A DNA stretch of 64,000 nt from Syntrophales bacterium (GTDB lineage Bacteria; Desulfobacterota; Syntrophia; Syntrophales; UBA5619): assembly GCA_030654195.1 (NCBI GenBank), contig JAURXV010000139.1, forward strand, positions 5,295 through 69,294. The letters run 5' to 3'. Numbering within the stretch: the first letter of the stretch is position 1; the number at the start of each line of letters is the position of its first letter. Of this stretch, positions 1 to 8,518 are shown one piece after another. Below the pieces are notes generated by a model that was not told the origin of the DNA, made no database searches, and was given only the letters and a program-made list of their open reading frames with translations. The translations under genes were made by a program, and so were the position numbers.

Positions 1-1
1 G

Positions 2-322
2 CCGGGCTACGTTATTAAAGGCAGGATATGGGTAGCGAAGGACGGCGAGTTGTATATTGGAGGGGGAAGGGCAATACTGTTGGAGCGCATTGATAAATAT
101 GGCTCAATAGCGGCGGCGGCCCGTTCTATGCGACTTGGTTACCGCAATGCTTGGTTATGGATAGAGGCAGCGAATCGTCTTGCGCCCGCCCCCCTGATTG
201 AGAAAACTGTCGGCGGGGCCGGTGGAGGACGTACCAGATTAACAGAGGAGGGGCGAAAGATTGTTGACCAATACAAGATAATGCGGGCTAAATTGGAGGA
301 ATTTCTGAAGCAGGTCGGTTAA
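2..322 (+). CDS. ModE-family regulator (N-terminal winged-helix domain type), 5' end outside window
   Basis: The frame is open to the window edge (PGYVIKGRIWVAKDGELYIGGGRAILLERIDKYGSIAAAARSMRLGYRNAWLWIEAAN...GGAGGGRTRLTEEG). This matches the ModE N-terminal pattern (GSISAAAR..SYR.AW...GG..GGG..LT..G). It lies directly upstream of a Mo/W ABC transporter operon. Confidence 0.7.
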   Translation, partial: PGYVIKGRIWVAKDGELYIGGGRAILLERIDKYGSIAAAARSMRLGYRNAWLWIEAANRLAPAPLIEKTVGGAGGGRTRLTEEGRKIVDQYKIMRAKLEEFLKQVG

Positions 323-336
323 AATTTTTTAGGAAG

Positions 337-360
337 CGCTATATCGATAACAATATAACC
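337..360. promoter_or_regulatory. candidate ModE-type operator (AT-rich inverted repeat)
   Basis: CGCTATAT-cgataaca-ATATAACC lies in the gap between the ModE-like gene and the transporter. The half sites GCTATAT / GTTATAT resemble the TATAT-type ModE operators of E. coli. Spacing is not verified against any consensus. Confidence 0.3.
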
Positions 361-508
361 AGGCGGCTCAATATTAACCATTTAGGAGGATATACGAAAA
401 TAGATAGTGTAGCGGTAGCTTGTTGTCGCTTCAATGGCGAAGCCAAATAAAATAATGAGAACGGAAATGATTAAAGTTGGAAAAGGTAAAAGTGGCAGTA
501 AAGGTAAT

Positions 509-1375
509 ATGAAACTTAAAGAAATCTATAAGGTGGTTCTTTTTGCAGTAATAGCGCTGCTTGTATTGGGTTCCTCTGCAATCGCTAAGGAGGATGAACT
601 CGATTTCTTTTGCGGCGCTGCAGTAACAGTGCCTATGCAGGAGATTATTAAGAGCTATCAAAAAGACAAAAGCGTAAGAGTGAACGTTATTTACAGTGGT
701 TCAGGCGGGCTCCTCTCCCAGATGAAGCTATCGAAAAGAGGCGATGTTTACCTCTGCGGCTCACCTGACTATGTCACCATAGGGGAGGAGAAAGGACTTC
801 TTATCAAAGGGACGGATAAATTGGTGGCTTACCTTGTGCCCGCCATAATAGTGCCCAAGGGTAACCCTCAGGGCATTCATTCCTTAGAAGACCTGGCTAA
901 AAAGGGGGTAAAAATAGGCATGGGAAATCCGGAAACGGTGTGTCTGGGACTATACGGATTTGAACTTCTGGATAAAAATGGTCTTCTGGAAACGGTTTTG
1001 CCTAATGTAGCGGTCTTTGCTAAGAGTTGCGAAGACACCGCCACACTTGCGGTTTTGAGGAAGGTGGATGCAATCCTGGGATGGGATGTTTTTCAATCGT
1101 GGAATCCCGATAAAGTGGAATGGATAAAAATAGAACCTGATAAGATTCCAAGAATTTCTTATATAGCGATTGCGCTACCGGTGTTTGTAAAAGATAGGGT
1201 ATTGGCTCAAGATTTTATCAACTATGTGCTGTCGGAAAAAGGAAGGTCAATTTTTAAGAAATGGGGTTATATTTTTGAGGAAGGGGAAGCAAAAAGGTAC
1301 GCCCCAAAGGCTGCAATCGGAGGTGAGTATAAACTTCCCGAGAGGTATTTCAGCATAATCAGGCGGGAAAAATAA
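509..1375 (+). CDS. molybdate/tungstate ABC transporter substrate-binding protein (ModA/WtpA-like)
   Basis: From ATG 509 there is a signal-peptide-like N-terminus (MKLKEIYKVVLFAVIALLVLGSSAIA). The motif YSGSGGLLSQM..GDVYLCGSPDY is typical of ModA-type binding proteins. It is the first gene of a binding protein-permease-ATPase operon. The ORF-track start at 434 is probably too far upstream. Confidence 0.75.
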   Translation: MKLKEIYKVVLFAVIALLVLGSSAIAKEDELDFFCGAAVTVPMQEIIKSYQKDKSVRVNVIYSGSGGLLSQMKLSKRGDVYLCGSPDYVTIGEEKGLLIKGTDKLVAYLVPAIIVPKGNPQGIHSLEDLAKKGVKIGMGNPETVCLGLYGFELLDKNGLLETVLPNVAVFAKSCEDTATLAVLRKVDAILGWDVFQSWNPDKVEWIKIEPDKIPRISYIAIALPVFVKDRVLAQDFINYVLSEKGRSIFKKWGYIFEEGEAKRYAPKAAIGGEYKLPERYFSIIRREK

Positions 1376-1423
1376 ATTGTGAAAGTTGATCCGGGGTTCA
1401 CAACAAGAAGGAGTGCATTAAAA

Positions 1424-2239
1424 ATGAGCGTATTTCAAGTGTCAAAAGGAGTCAGGAAGGAAAGGGTGTTCAAGATGGCTACCATGAGCGCCCTTGCCTT
1501 CTTAACCCTTTTCTTTATCACTATCTTACTGGCGATGGTGGCTTATACTGATGGGGATACCATGATTTCCACCCTTATCTCGGAGGAGGTCCTTTTTGCC
1601 ATCAAGTTAAGTCTGATCACCGCAACCATAGCCACCATAATCTCCATTGTCGTTGCCATTCCGGTGGCCTATGCCATCTCCAAGACCGAATTCCCAGGAA
1701 AGGACATCGTAGATACCCTCCTTGATCTCCCCATAGTCATTTCGCCCATAGCCCTGGGGGCGGCCCTTCTGGTTTTCTTCAACACCCCCCCGGGGAGGGG
1801 GATAGAAAATCATATCATGAGATTTGTCTTTGAGGTTCCCGGTATCGTCCTTGCCCAATTCACTGTAATCAGCGCCCTGGCGGTTAGACTGCTGAAATCC
1901 ACCTTTGATGGCATTGACACCAGATATGAGCAGGTAGGGAGGACATTAGGGTGCAGTAAACTAAGGGTGTTTTTCCGGGTGACCTTGCCCTTGGCCAGAA
2001 ATGGGGTGATTGCCTCCTGCATCCTGACCTGGGCCAAAGCAATGGGAGAATTTGGCGCAACCGTAACCTTAGTTGGAGCCACCCCATTTAAGACCGAGAC
2101 TTTACCTATCGCCATTTTTTTAAGTCTGGCCACCGCTAATGTGGAAAAGGCAGTAGCTGTGATTTTCGTGCTGATAATAATCGCCGCAGTTGCTTTGCTT
2201 GCTATCAGGAGAATCACTGGCCGGAGGTATCCAATATGA
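1424..2239 (+). CDS. molybdate/tungstate ABC transporter permease (ModB/WtpB-like)
   Basis: Multi-TM protein with an ABC-permease EAA-type loop (RTLGCSKLRVFFRVTLPLARNG). AGGAG lies about 10 nt upstream of ATG 1424. The ORF-track start at 1379 is a GTG. The stop overlaps the ATPase start. Confidence 0.8.
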   Translation: MSVFQVSKGVRKERVFKMATMSALAFLTLFFITILLAMVAYTDGDTMISTLISEEVLFAIKLSLITATIATIISIVVAIPVAYAISKTEFPGKDIVDTLLDLPIVISPIALGAALLVFFNTPPGRGIENHIMRFVFEVPGIVLAQFTVISALAVRLLKSTFDGIDTRYEQVGRTLGCSKLRVFFRVTLPLARNGVIASCILTWAKAMGEFGATVTLVGATPFKTETLPIAIFLSLATANVEKAVAVIFVLIIIAAVALLAIRRITGRRYPI

Positions 2240-3306
2240 TTGAAATTAGAAATCTTTCCATAGATTTAGGTGAGTTCTCCCTGAAAAATATAAACCTGAC
2301 TATTGGCGACAGGGAATACTTTGTTATCCTGGGACCGACCGGGGCAGGAAAGACGATTATTATCGAGTGTATCGCCGGGCTCCATCGTATCAAACAGGGG
2401 GAGATATGGATAGATGGAAATAATGCCACGCGCCTGGCGCCTGAAGAGAGGTGCACAGGTTATGTGCCCCAAGACTATGTGCTGTTCCCTTTCCTGAATG
2501 TAGCCGACAATATAGCCTTTGGCTTAAGGCAGGCTAAATATCCCAAAACTCAAACTGTGGAAAAGGTCAAGTCTCTATCTAATCTAATGGGCATCTCCCA
2601 TTTGTTAAATCGGGATACTCGTTCCCTGAGCGGCGGTGAGAAGCAGCGGGTGGCTTTGGCCAGAGCCCTGGCCCTCTCCCCTAAGGTTCTGCTTCTGGAT
2701 GAACCATTGAGCAGTCTGGACTTGCAAACCTCTAAATACTTAAGGATGGAACTACGCCGGATTCACAAGGAGCTGGGGGTTGCCACCCTGCATATAACCC
2801 ATAACCAGATGGAGGCGGAAGAGGTCGCTGACAGAATAGGCATCCTTAATATGGGTAAATTGGAACAGGTAGGTAAGCCTGATGAGGTATTTTTTCATCC
2901 TGAAAATGAAATAGTCTCCGATTTTATCGGGGCGCCAAACATCCTGAACTGTGACTCTTGCCGTACTATAGGTCACGGAATAGCTGAGGTTACTTGCGAT
3001 GGGATGTGCATAATTCTGCCCCATGATGGAGGCAGAATTCAAAAAATCGCTCTATTTCCCCGAGATATTTATATTTCCGACGTTCAGCCCCCAGGACCGC
3101 AGGTGAACCGATTTAAGGGGACTATCACCAATATTAAATCCTCCGGCGCCACAGCAAGGATCGAGGTAAGGGTGAGCGGAAACACTCTGCAGACAGAAAT
3201 GCCCCGTGATATTTTTGAAGATATGGATTTAACGGTGGGGAAAGAAGCCTTCTTGATATTAAAGCTTAGAAGGATAAGAACCTTTGAAGGTAAGAATAGC
3301 CAATGA
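2236..3306 (+). CDS. molybdate/tungstate ABC transporter ATP-binding protein with C-terminal TOBE/Mop-like domain
   Basis: Walker A GPTGAGKT, signature LSGGEKQRVALARAL, Walker B LLLDEPLSSLD, H-loop ITHNQ. There is a C-terminal beta-rich domain of about 110 aa, as in ModC/WtpC. Confidence 0.9.
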   Translation: MIEIRNLSIDLGEFSLKNINLTIGDREYFVILGPTGAGKTIIIECIAGLHRIKQGEIWIDGNNATRLAPEERCTGYVPQDYVLFPFLNVADNIAFGLRQAKYPKTQTVEKVKSLSNLMGISHLLNRDTRSLSGGEKQRVALARALALSPKVLLLDEPLSSLDLQTSKYLRMELRRIHKELGVATLHITHNQMEAEEVADRIGILNMGKLEQVGKPDEVFFHPENEIVSDFIGAPNILNCDSCRTIGHGIAEVTCDGMCIILPHDGGRIQKIALFPRDIYISDVQPPGPQVNRFKGTITNIKSSGATARIEVRVSGNTLQTEMPRDIFEDMDLTVGKEAFLILKLRRIRTFEGKNSQ

Positions 3307-3323
3307 ACTTAAGGAGCCATTAA

Positions 3324-4370
3324 ATGTCAAATAAATACAAGTCTTCAGCGATACCCATACCCATCGACCAGGCCGTGGGAACGGTTCTGGCACATGATAT
3401 CACGGAAATCAGGCCCGGCCAGTTCAAGGGAGCAGCTTTTAAGAAGGGACGTATCATAACCGAAGAAGACCTGCCACATCTGAGGCGTATTGGAAAGGAG
3501 CATCTGTTTGTGCTGCATTTAGAGCCTGGAGAAATCCATGAAGACGATGCAGCCATTAAGCTTTGTATGGCATTGGCCGGACCCGGCGTCGTTTTTGACC
3601 CAAAACCTTCGGAAGGCAAAATTTCATTAAAGGCCGCCTGTCGGGGCCTTCTGAAAGTAAATGTGGATGCCCTGACTGAGGTCAACCTTGTGCCTGATAT
3701 CAGCTGTTCCTCAAGGCACAACAATACCGTTTTGGAAAAAGGGGACATTGTAGCAACTGCCAGGGCAATTCCTTTGATCATTGACGAAAAAACTCTTAAT
3801 GCCGCAGCAAAGATTGCTGAGGATGCCGGGGGACTTTTTTCTATCAAACCACTTTCACAACCCCAAGTCGGTCTTATTATCACCGGAAATGAAGTTCACA
3901 CTGGGCTCATCGAAGACAAATTTGCACCTATCATTAGAAAAAAACTTCAACGGTTCGATTGTGAAGTCAAATATATTTCATTTGCGCCTGATGATAAGAT
4001 AAAGGTCATAATGGAGATTAAAGAATTGCTTCAAAACGGGGTCGAGCTCATTATGGTGACTGGGGGAATGAGTGTTGATCCGGACGATATAACTCGCATG
4101 GCCATAACCGAGGCCGGGGCAAGTGATGTGGTATATGGCACACCTGTTCTCCCTGGGGCCATGTTTTTATATGGACGTTTTGGTAATGTGCCTGTTCTGG
4201 GGTTGCCTGCCTGCATTCTTTTTTACAAAGTAACAGTTCTTGATCTCCTTCTGCCCAGAGTGCTGGCGGGAGAAACCATTACAAGAAAAGACCTCGCATC
4301 AATGGCGCACGGCGGCCTATGCTGCAATTGCGATGGCTGCCGCTATCCGCTATGCCCCTTCGGAAAATAA
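3324..4370 (+). CDS. molybdopterin-binding (MoeA-like / MoCF-biosynthesis domain) protein with Cys-rich C-terminus
   Basis: The MoCF_biosynth-like core (VTGGMSVDPDDITR, GTPVLPGAMFLYG) resembles the 'MoeA_like' family often found next to W/Mo enzymes. The tail is CCNCDGCRYPLCPFGK. Confidence 0.6.
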   Translation: MSNKYKSSAIPIPIDQAVGTVLAHDITEIRPGQFKGAAFKKGRIITEEDLPHLRRIGKEHLFVLHLEPGEIHEDDAAIKLCMALAGPGVVFDPKPSEGKISLKAACRGLLKVNVDALTEVNLVPDISCSSRHNNTVLEKGDIVATARAIPLIIDEKTLNAAAKIAEDAGGLFSIKPLSQPQVGLIITGNEVHTGLIEDKFAPIIRKKLQRFDCEVKYISFAPDDKIKVIMEIKELLQNGVELIMVTGGMSVDPDDITRMAITEAGASDVVYGTPVLPGAMFLYGRFGNVPVLGLPACILFYKVTVLDLLLPRVLAGETITRKDLASMAHGGLCCNCDGCRYPLCPFGK

Positions 4371-4384
4371 GAAGTCATCAGCCG

Positions 4385-4888
4385 TTTCTGGCCTTTCCTC
4401 TCGTCCCCGTCTCCAGTTCCCAAGCGATCATGGGTTCGGTCATCGGGATCGGTCTGATCAAAGGAGGGAGGGGCATCCGCTGGCGGGTGCTCGGTGAGAT
4501 CAGCATGGCGTGGGTGGCGACGCCGATCGCTGCGGTTTTTATCGCGAATCTTCTTTCGGGAAATCTCCGCGTGATCGAGGGGGTGGCCGTCAATCAGGCC
4601 CCGTATCCGCTCTCCAAAATCAGGGTCCGACTGACCATCGCCGATGCCTATGACGTCGTTCTTGGCGAGAAGGTCGTCTTCGGAGGGAACATCCTGACAG
4701 ATGCGGAACTCGGGGCAATGACGGAGGCGGAGATTCAGCGGGAGCTGTCAATTCCCCAGGGCAGTGACGTAGCCAACGAGCGGATCGCGCAAAACGGCGA
4801 AATCCCCTTTATGATCGTCTTCAATCAGGATCAGGCCGGGGCGGTTAAAAAGACGGTGGCCCCCGCAGGCGCCGACCGTCTTCCCTGA
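4385..4888 (+). pseudogene. stranded 3' end of a PiT-family phosphate transporter gene fused to an unrecognised ~115-codon extension
   Basis: PVSSSQAIMGSVIGIGLIKGGRGIRWRVLGEISMAWVATPIAAVF matches only the last two helices of PiT/PHO4 transporters. No N-terminal ~350 aa is present. The fragment starts within 15 nt of the MoeA-like stop, exactly where GC content jumps. Confidence 0.5.
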
Positions 4889-4911
4889 AAACAGAAAACC
4901 GTTGATATGCT

Positions 4912-4946
4912 CATATAGCGCCCCACGGGGTGTGGGGCGCTATATG
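4912..4946. terminator. perfect 14-bp stem hairpin between convergent genes
   Basis: CATATAGCGCCCCA-cggggtg-TGGGGCGCTATATG lies between the PiT-tail ORF (+) and the ferredoxin gene (-). No clean U-run on either side. Confidence 0.5.
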
Positions 4947-4969
4947 ATAACAATTCTCCGGCAGCCGCT

Positions 4970-5476
4970 TCATGCCGCGGCCTCCGCAATGGAGGACGCC
5001 TGTTTTTGTGCCGCGGCATACTGGCGGGCGGCGCCTTCCCTTTTCTGCTGGGAACTGATGACCTCCGCGGGGACAAATTCGATTGCCTTGACTTCGCAAA
5101 ACTTTACACACTGGGGATCTCCGCCGCACAGATCGCATTTGAACACCTTGTGCGTCGTCCGGTTGTAATTCATCGCGCCAAACGGGCAGACCTCGACGCA
5201 CATCCGGCAGCCGATACAGGCGTCATAGTTGACCGACATGAAGCCGAATGTCTTGTCTCTGGTGATAGCCCCGACCGGGCAGACCTTCTGGCAGGGGGCG
5301 TCCTCGCAACTCTGACAGATCATCGGAATATAGCGCCCTTCGTCCTCCCACTTCACAATCTGAATACTGCTTTTCGCCGGGTTTGACACCCCCTCGTGCA
5401 CGACGGAGCAAACGAGTTCACAGAGGCGACAGCCGGTGCATTTTTCATAGTTGACCGTCAGAAATTTATCCATCAT
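4970..5476 (-). CDS. 4Fe-4S polyferredoxin subunit (AorA/DmsB-like) of tungsten aldehyde oxidoreductase
   Basis: Four Cys clusters (CTGCRLCELVC, CQSCEDAPCQKVCP, CIGCRMCVEVCP, CDLCGG..C). It lies immediately downstream of the AOR gene. Confidence 0.85.
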   Translation of the reverse strand: MMDKFLTVNYEKCTGCRLCELVCSVVHEGVSNPAKSSIQIVKWEDEGRYIPMICQSCEDAPCQKVCPVGAITRDKTFGFMSVNYDACIGCRMCVEVCPFGAMNYNRTTHKVFKCDLCGGDPQCVKFCEVKAIEFVPAEVISSQQKREGAARQYAAAQKQASSIAEAAA

Positions 5477-5494
5477 CTTCTCCTTTGATAGCGT

Positions 5495-7435
5495 CTAAAG
5501 CAAATGGGTTGGTTCCTGGTCCAGGCCAAGACGTTTCAAGGTCTCAGCCGTCGGAAGTCCGTTTTGATCCCAGCCGTGATGTCCATAGAACTCATCAACC
5601 ATGCCATTGAACTTGTCGCGATCGATCGAAAGCCCGATCACGTCCGGGGCGCCCCTGCGCAAGGGTTCGTCGAAGTAGCGATGGTTGAGCGTGTCCCCTT
5701 TGCTCAGGTCGTTGCGGGTAAGCCCTTCCCGTAAATTGAAAAGCCTCTCGATGTTGTTGCACCGATCGGCCACCGCCCAGATATCTTCGGGGGTAAACTC
5801 GAGCCCCGTGTTGTAGTAGATTGCCTTCGGCCAATCCTCGAAATTGGGCAACGTCGCCCCCAGAAAGACCGTATGGTATTTGCAGATCCCCAGACAATCC
5901 ACGGCCATATAGCAGTTCTCCTGCCAGAAAACCTCCCATGCCTTGCCCACATACTCCGTCTGCTCTGAAGAGAGGGGGCCGCTATAGGCAATTGGGCTGC
6001 TGTAAATCTTCCGGAGGACATCCACCGGCAGATGATACAAATCAATGGCCGGTCGGCTCCGCAAATGGTCAGACCCGCGGGAGGCCGTGGCGATGCCGAG
6101 GGCCAACGCCGGGGTGGCCCGTTCGTCGGAATGGAGGTTGTTCATCCCCTTGACCTGGATGAGATAGTCAAACGAGTTTTTGCCGATGCTTGCCGCCGCC
6201 GGTACGCCCCCGTCGGCCAGAACATTGCCGAGCCAGCCTTTGCGGGTGCAAATCCGGTGGATCATCTCCAACAGTGCCTTTTCATTGCCGAAAGAAAGAT
6301 CAAGGCCGTCGGTTTCCTTGCTGCCGATGATCCCCAATTCGTAGAGTTCCATGGCCCAGGAGATGATGCTGCCGATTTCGAGGTTGTCCACGCCGTACTG
6401 ATTCACCAGGTAGTTCGCGGTCAGAAGCGTCTCCGCACTCTTGCAGTCTGGCTCAGCGCCAAAGGCGCCAAGGGATGTGTATTCCGGACCTTCGTCGTAC
6501 TTTCCGGCATAAGGCCCTGACGGAATTCTGTACTGCGTGCGGCAGTGGACCTGGCAGCCGAAACATCCGGCCATGTGATGCGGACCTATGGTTTTGTTGG
6601 CAATTTCATCTATGGCTTCCGGTTCGATGTCATCGGCGTTCTCCATCTGGTTGTACTGGAAGTTGCGGGTTCGAATGCCGCCCCAGCAATTCGTCGCCCC
6701 CCAGATAAAGGGTGTCCCCAGTGCGCCCTGGGTTTTGTTGACCTTGGCGCTGGTGATCTGCTCGATGAACTTTTTGTTGAATTCGAGCGCCTCGAGGGGG
6801 TAAGAAATCTTGATGTCCATCGTCCCCCGGACCGCGACGGCCTTGAGGTTTTTCGATCCCATCACGCACCCCATTCCCGTGCGTCCGGCGGCATTTTTGA
6901 TCCCGGTCATCACGCAGGCATACCGAACAAGGTTTTCCCCGGCCGGGCCGATGACGGCGCTTTTGATCTCTTCATCTCCGAGCTCTTCGCGGATCGCCCA
7001 TTGGGTATCCGCAGACGTCTTCCCCCACAGGCCTGCCGCGTCGCGAATTTCAATTTCACCGTTGTGAATCCACAGATAAACCGGTTTTTCTGCCTTGCCG
7101 GTAATCACCAGATGGTGGAACCCGGCCCAGGCCAACTCGGGGGCGAAAAAACCACCCATGTTGGCGCTTCCCAAAAGTCCGGTCAGTGGGGACTTGGCCA
7201 TGAAATGGGCCCGTGCGGTAGCGGAGGCGCAGGTAGCGGTCAGCAGGCCGCCGCTGATGATCAAGGGGTTTTCCGGACTGAGCGGATCACAACCCTGCGG
7301 TGTGTGGTTGTAGAGCAGATAGGCATCCAGACCACGGCCACCGATGAACTTCTTCCGGAGTTCCAACGGGATGGGCTTGATCTCGGTTTGGCCGGTGGAG
7401 AGATTGATATACGCAATTTTCCTATCCAATGCCAT
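5495..7435 (-). CDS. tungsten-containing aldehyde:ferredoxin oxidoreductase family protein (AorB-like)
   Basis: AOR N-terminal domain (IAYINLSTGQTEIKPIP...GGRGLDAYLLY), the 4Fe-4S motif CFGCQVHC, and C-terminal HHGWDQNGLPT. A perfect AAGGAGGG lies 6-7 nt upstream of ATG 7435, so the ORF-track start at 7453 is probably spurious. Confidence 0.9.
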   Translation of the reverse strand: MALDRKIAYINLSTGQTEIKPIPLELRKKFIGGRGLDAYLLYNHTPQGCDPLSPENPLIISGGLLTATCASATARAHFMAKSPLTGLLGSANMGGFFAPELAWAGFHHLVITGKAEKPVYLWIHNGEIEIRDAAGLWGKTSADTQWAIREELGDEEIKSAVIGPAGENLVRYACVMTGIKNAAGRTGMGCVMGSKNLKAVAVRGTMDIKISYPLEALEFNKKFIEQITSAKVNKTQGALGTPFIWGATNCWGGIRTRNFQYNQMENADDIEPEAIDEIANKTIGPHHMAGCFGCQVHCRTQYRIPSGPYAGKYDEGPEYTSLGAFGAEPDCKSAETLLTANYLVNQYGVDNLEIGSIISWAMELYELGIIGSKETDGLDLSFGNEKALLEMIHRICTRKGWLGNVLADGGVPAAASIGKNSFDYLIQVKGMNNLHSDERATPALALGIATASRGSDHLRSRPAIDLYHLPVDVLRKIYSSPIAYSGPLSSEQTEYVGKAWEVFWQENCYMAVDCLGICKYHTVFLGATLPNFEDWPKAIYYNTGLEFTPEDIWAVADRCNNIERLFNLREGLTRNDLSKGDTLNHRYFDEPLRRGAPDVIGLSIDRDKFNGMVDEFYGHHGWDQNGLPTAETLKRLGLDQEPTHLL

Positions 7436-7454
7436 TTTAGTTCCCTCCTTCATT

Positions 7455-7718
7455 CTATTGCGGATTGTTTTTGGACGACCCTGATTTTTCGATCAATTTA
7501 CGGTTGACATCCCAGACCGGCCCGCGAATTCTCGGCAAGTTTGGCCCCAGCCAATATATCCGGTAGGCCATCCCGCAGGTCGGGCAGGTGATCTCCTTAC
7601 TGCCGGGGGTGGGTTCCATCCGTTTCATACAACTGGGGTTGTGGCACCTGATCTTGCCAAAGGATCTGGTCTTGGTCAGTGTCTCTGATGCGGATACCTT
7701 CGTGCTTTCGATGGCCAT
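7455..7718 (-). CDS. small zinc-ribbon protein of unknown function, leader gene of the AOR operon
   Basis: 87 aa with CHNPSC...(17)...CPTC spacing, typical of a zinc ribbon. AGGAG lies 7 nt upstream of ATG 7718, and there is a 19-nt gap to the AOR start. I recognise no family. Confidence 0.5.
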   Translation of the reverse strand: MAIESTKVSASETLTKTRSFGKIRCHNPSCMKRMEPTPGSKEITCPTCGMAYRIYWLGPNLPRIRGPVWDVNRKLIEKSGSSKNNPQ

Positions 7719-7858
7719 ATACAAACTCCTTTCCTCGGGTTGATTTACGCTGCCAGTTCATTATAGCGTATTGAGTATATTAAGGGTGTTTTTCGATGTC
7801 AAGCCGTTTTTTTGGGGGAAATATCTTGAAAAATTATATGTCTGAGACGATTTTTGAT

Positions 7859-7887
7859 TTGACACGATCCCAAAATTATACTATAGG
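7859..7887 (+). promoter_or_regulatory. sigma70-like promoter for the ferredoxin/FAD-oxidoreductase operon
   Basis: TTGACA-17 nt-TATAGG, about 120 nt upstream of ATG 8006. Confidence 0.4.
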
Positions 7888-7900
7888 TCCTTTGCGAAAT

Positions 7901-7920
7901 AAGTTCATTATAGTGAACTT
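7901..7920. promoter_or_regulatory. palindromic operator-like site
   Basis: AAGTTCA-ttatag-TGAACTT has 7-bp perfect arms. Its 12-mer AGTTCATTATAG recurs at 7755-7766 in the same divergent region. Confidence 0.4.
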
Positions 7921-8005
7921 TATCGCTAATCCCTTTCGGCCTCAAGGCGGTAGAGCCGCGAAAACACAAAGAGACGTTCCTCTTCAATTCCAAGGGGCAG
8001 TGTTT

Positions 8006-8497
8006 ATGGAAATCAGGCGTGAACAGTTACTGATAGACCCCGAAAAATGCACCGGGTGTGGGCGCTGCCTGATGGCCTGTGCGATGCAACACTGCGGCAG
8101 CGTCAATCCCAGCCTTGCCAGAATCAAGATCCTTCCTTTGCCCAGCCATGAGATCCATGTCCCCGTGATCTGCATGGCCTGCGAGGATGCGCCTTGCATA
8201 AAGGTATGTCCGATGAATGCAAGGCTGCGTCAGGCAAACAAAACGGTGGTGACTAATGCCGATGTCTGTATCGGCTGCCGGGCATGCGTTTATATCTGCC
8301 CCGTCGGCGCCCCGGCAATCATCCCTTATACCTGTCAGACGATGACCTGCGATCTGTGTGAAGGCGATCCGGCGGGGCTCTGGTGTGTCACCGCCTGTGA
8401 CGAGGGGGCATTGACGATCAGTAAAAGCGACCGGTTGACCAGTGACAAAACAAGGGCGCGGGCGCGGCTGGCAAGACTGGACACGAAACCCGTTTAA
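8006..8497 (+). CDS. 4Fe-4S polyferredoxin (second AorA-like paralog)
   Basis: From ATG 8006 the protein begins MEIRREQLLIDPEKCTGCGRCLMAC, followed by CMACEDAPCIKVCP, CIGCRACVYICP and CDLCEG. The layout is colinear with the 4970-5476 product. The upstream 70 codons of the ORF-track call lack any domain. Confidence 0.8.
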   Translation: MEIRREQLLIDPEKCTGCGRCLMACAMQHCGSVNPSLARIKILPLPSHEIHVPVICMACEDAPCIKVCPMNARLRQANKTVVTNADVCIGCRACVYICPVGAPAIIPYTCQTMTCDLCEGDPAGLWCVTACDEGALTISKSDRLTSDKTRARARLARLDTKPV

Positions 8498-8518
8498 AAT
8501 TTATGGGAAGCTGCTGCC

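Noticed and set aside
322-508. Possible Moco/Wco riboswitch upstream of the Mo/W transporter.
   Set aside because: I could not find the conserved Moco-RNA core elements (e.g. the CCUCCGAG-type 3' segment) or a matching multi-stem architecture by eye. A covariance-model scan would settle it.
5495-7435. Reading the first AOR-family gene as a second BamB paralog.
   Set aside because: It lacks the long colinear BamB-specific stretches seen in 19377-21338 (e.g. NNIKKHEQLPLKL, PPYHIHNYP). Its partners are AorA/AorC-like, not BamC-I-like.
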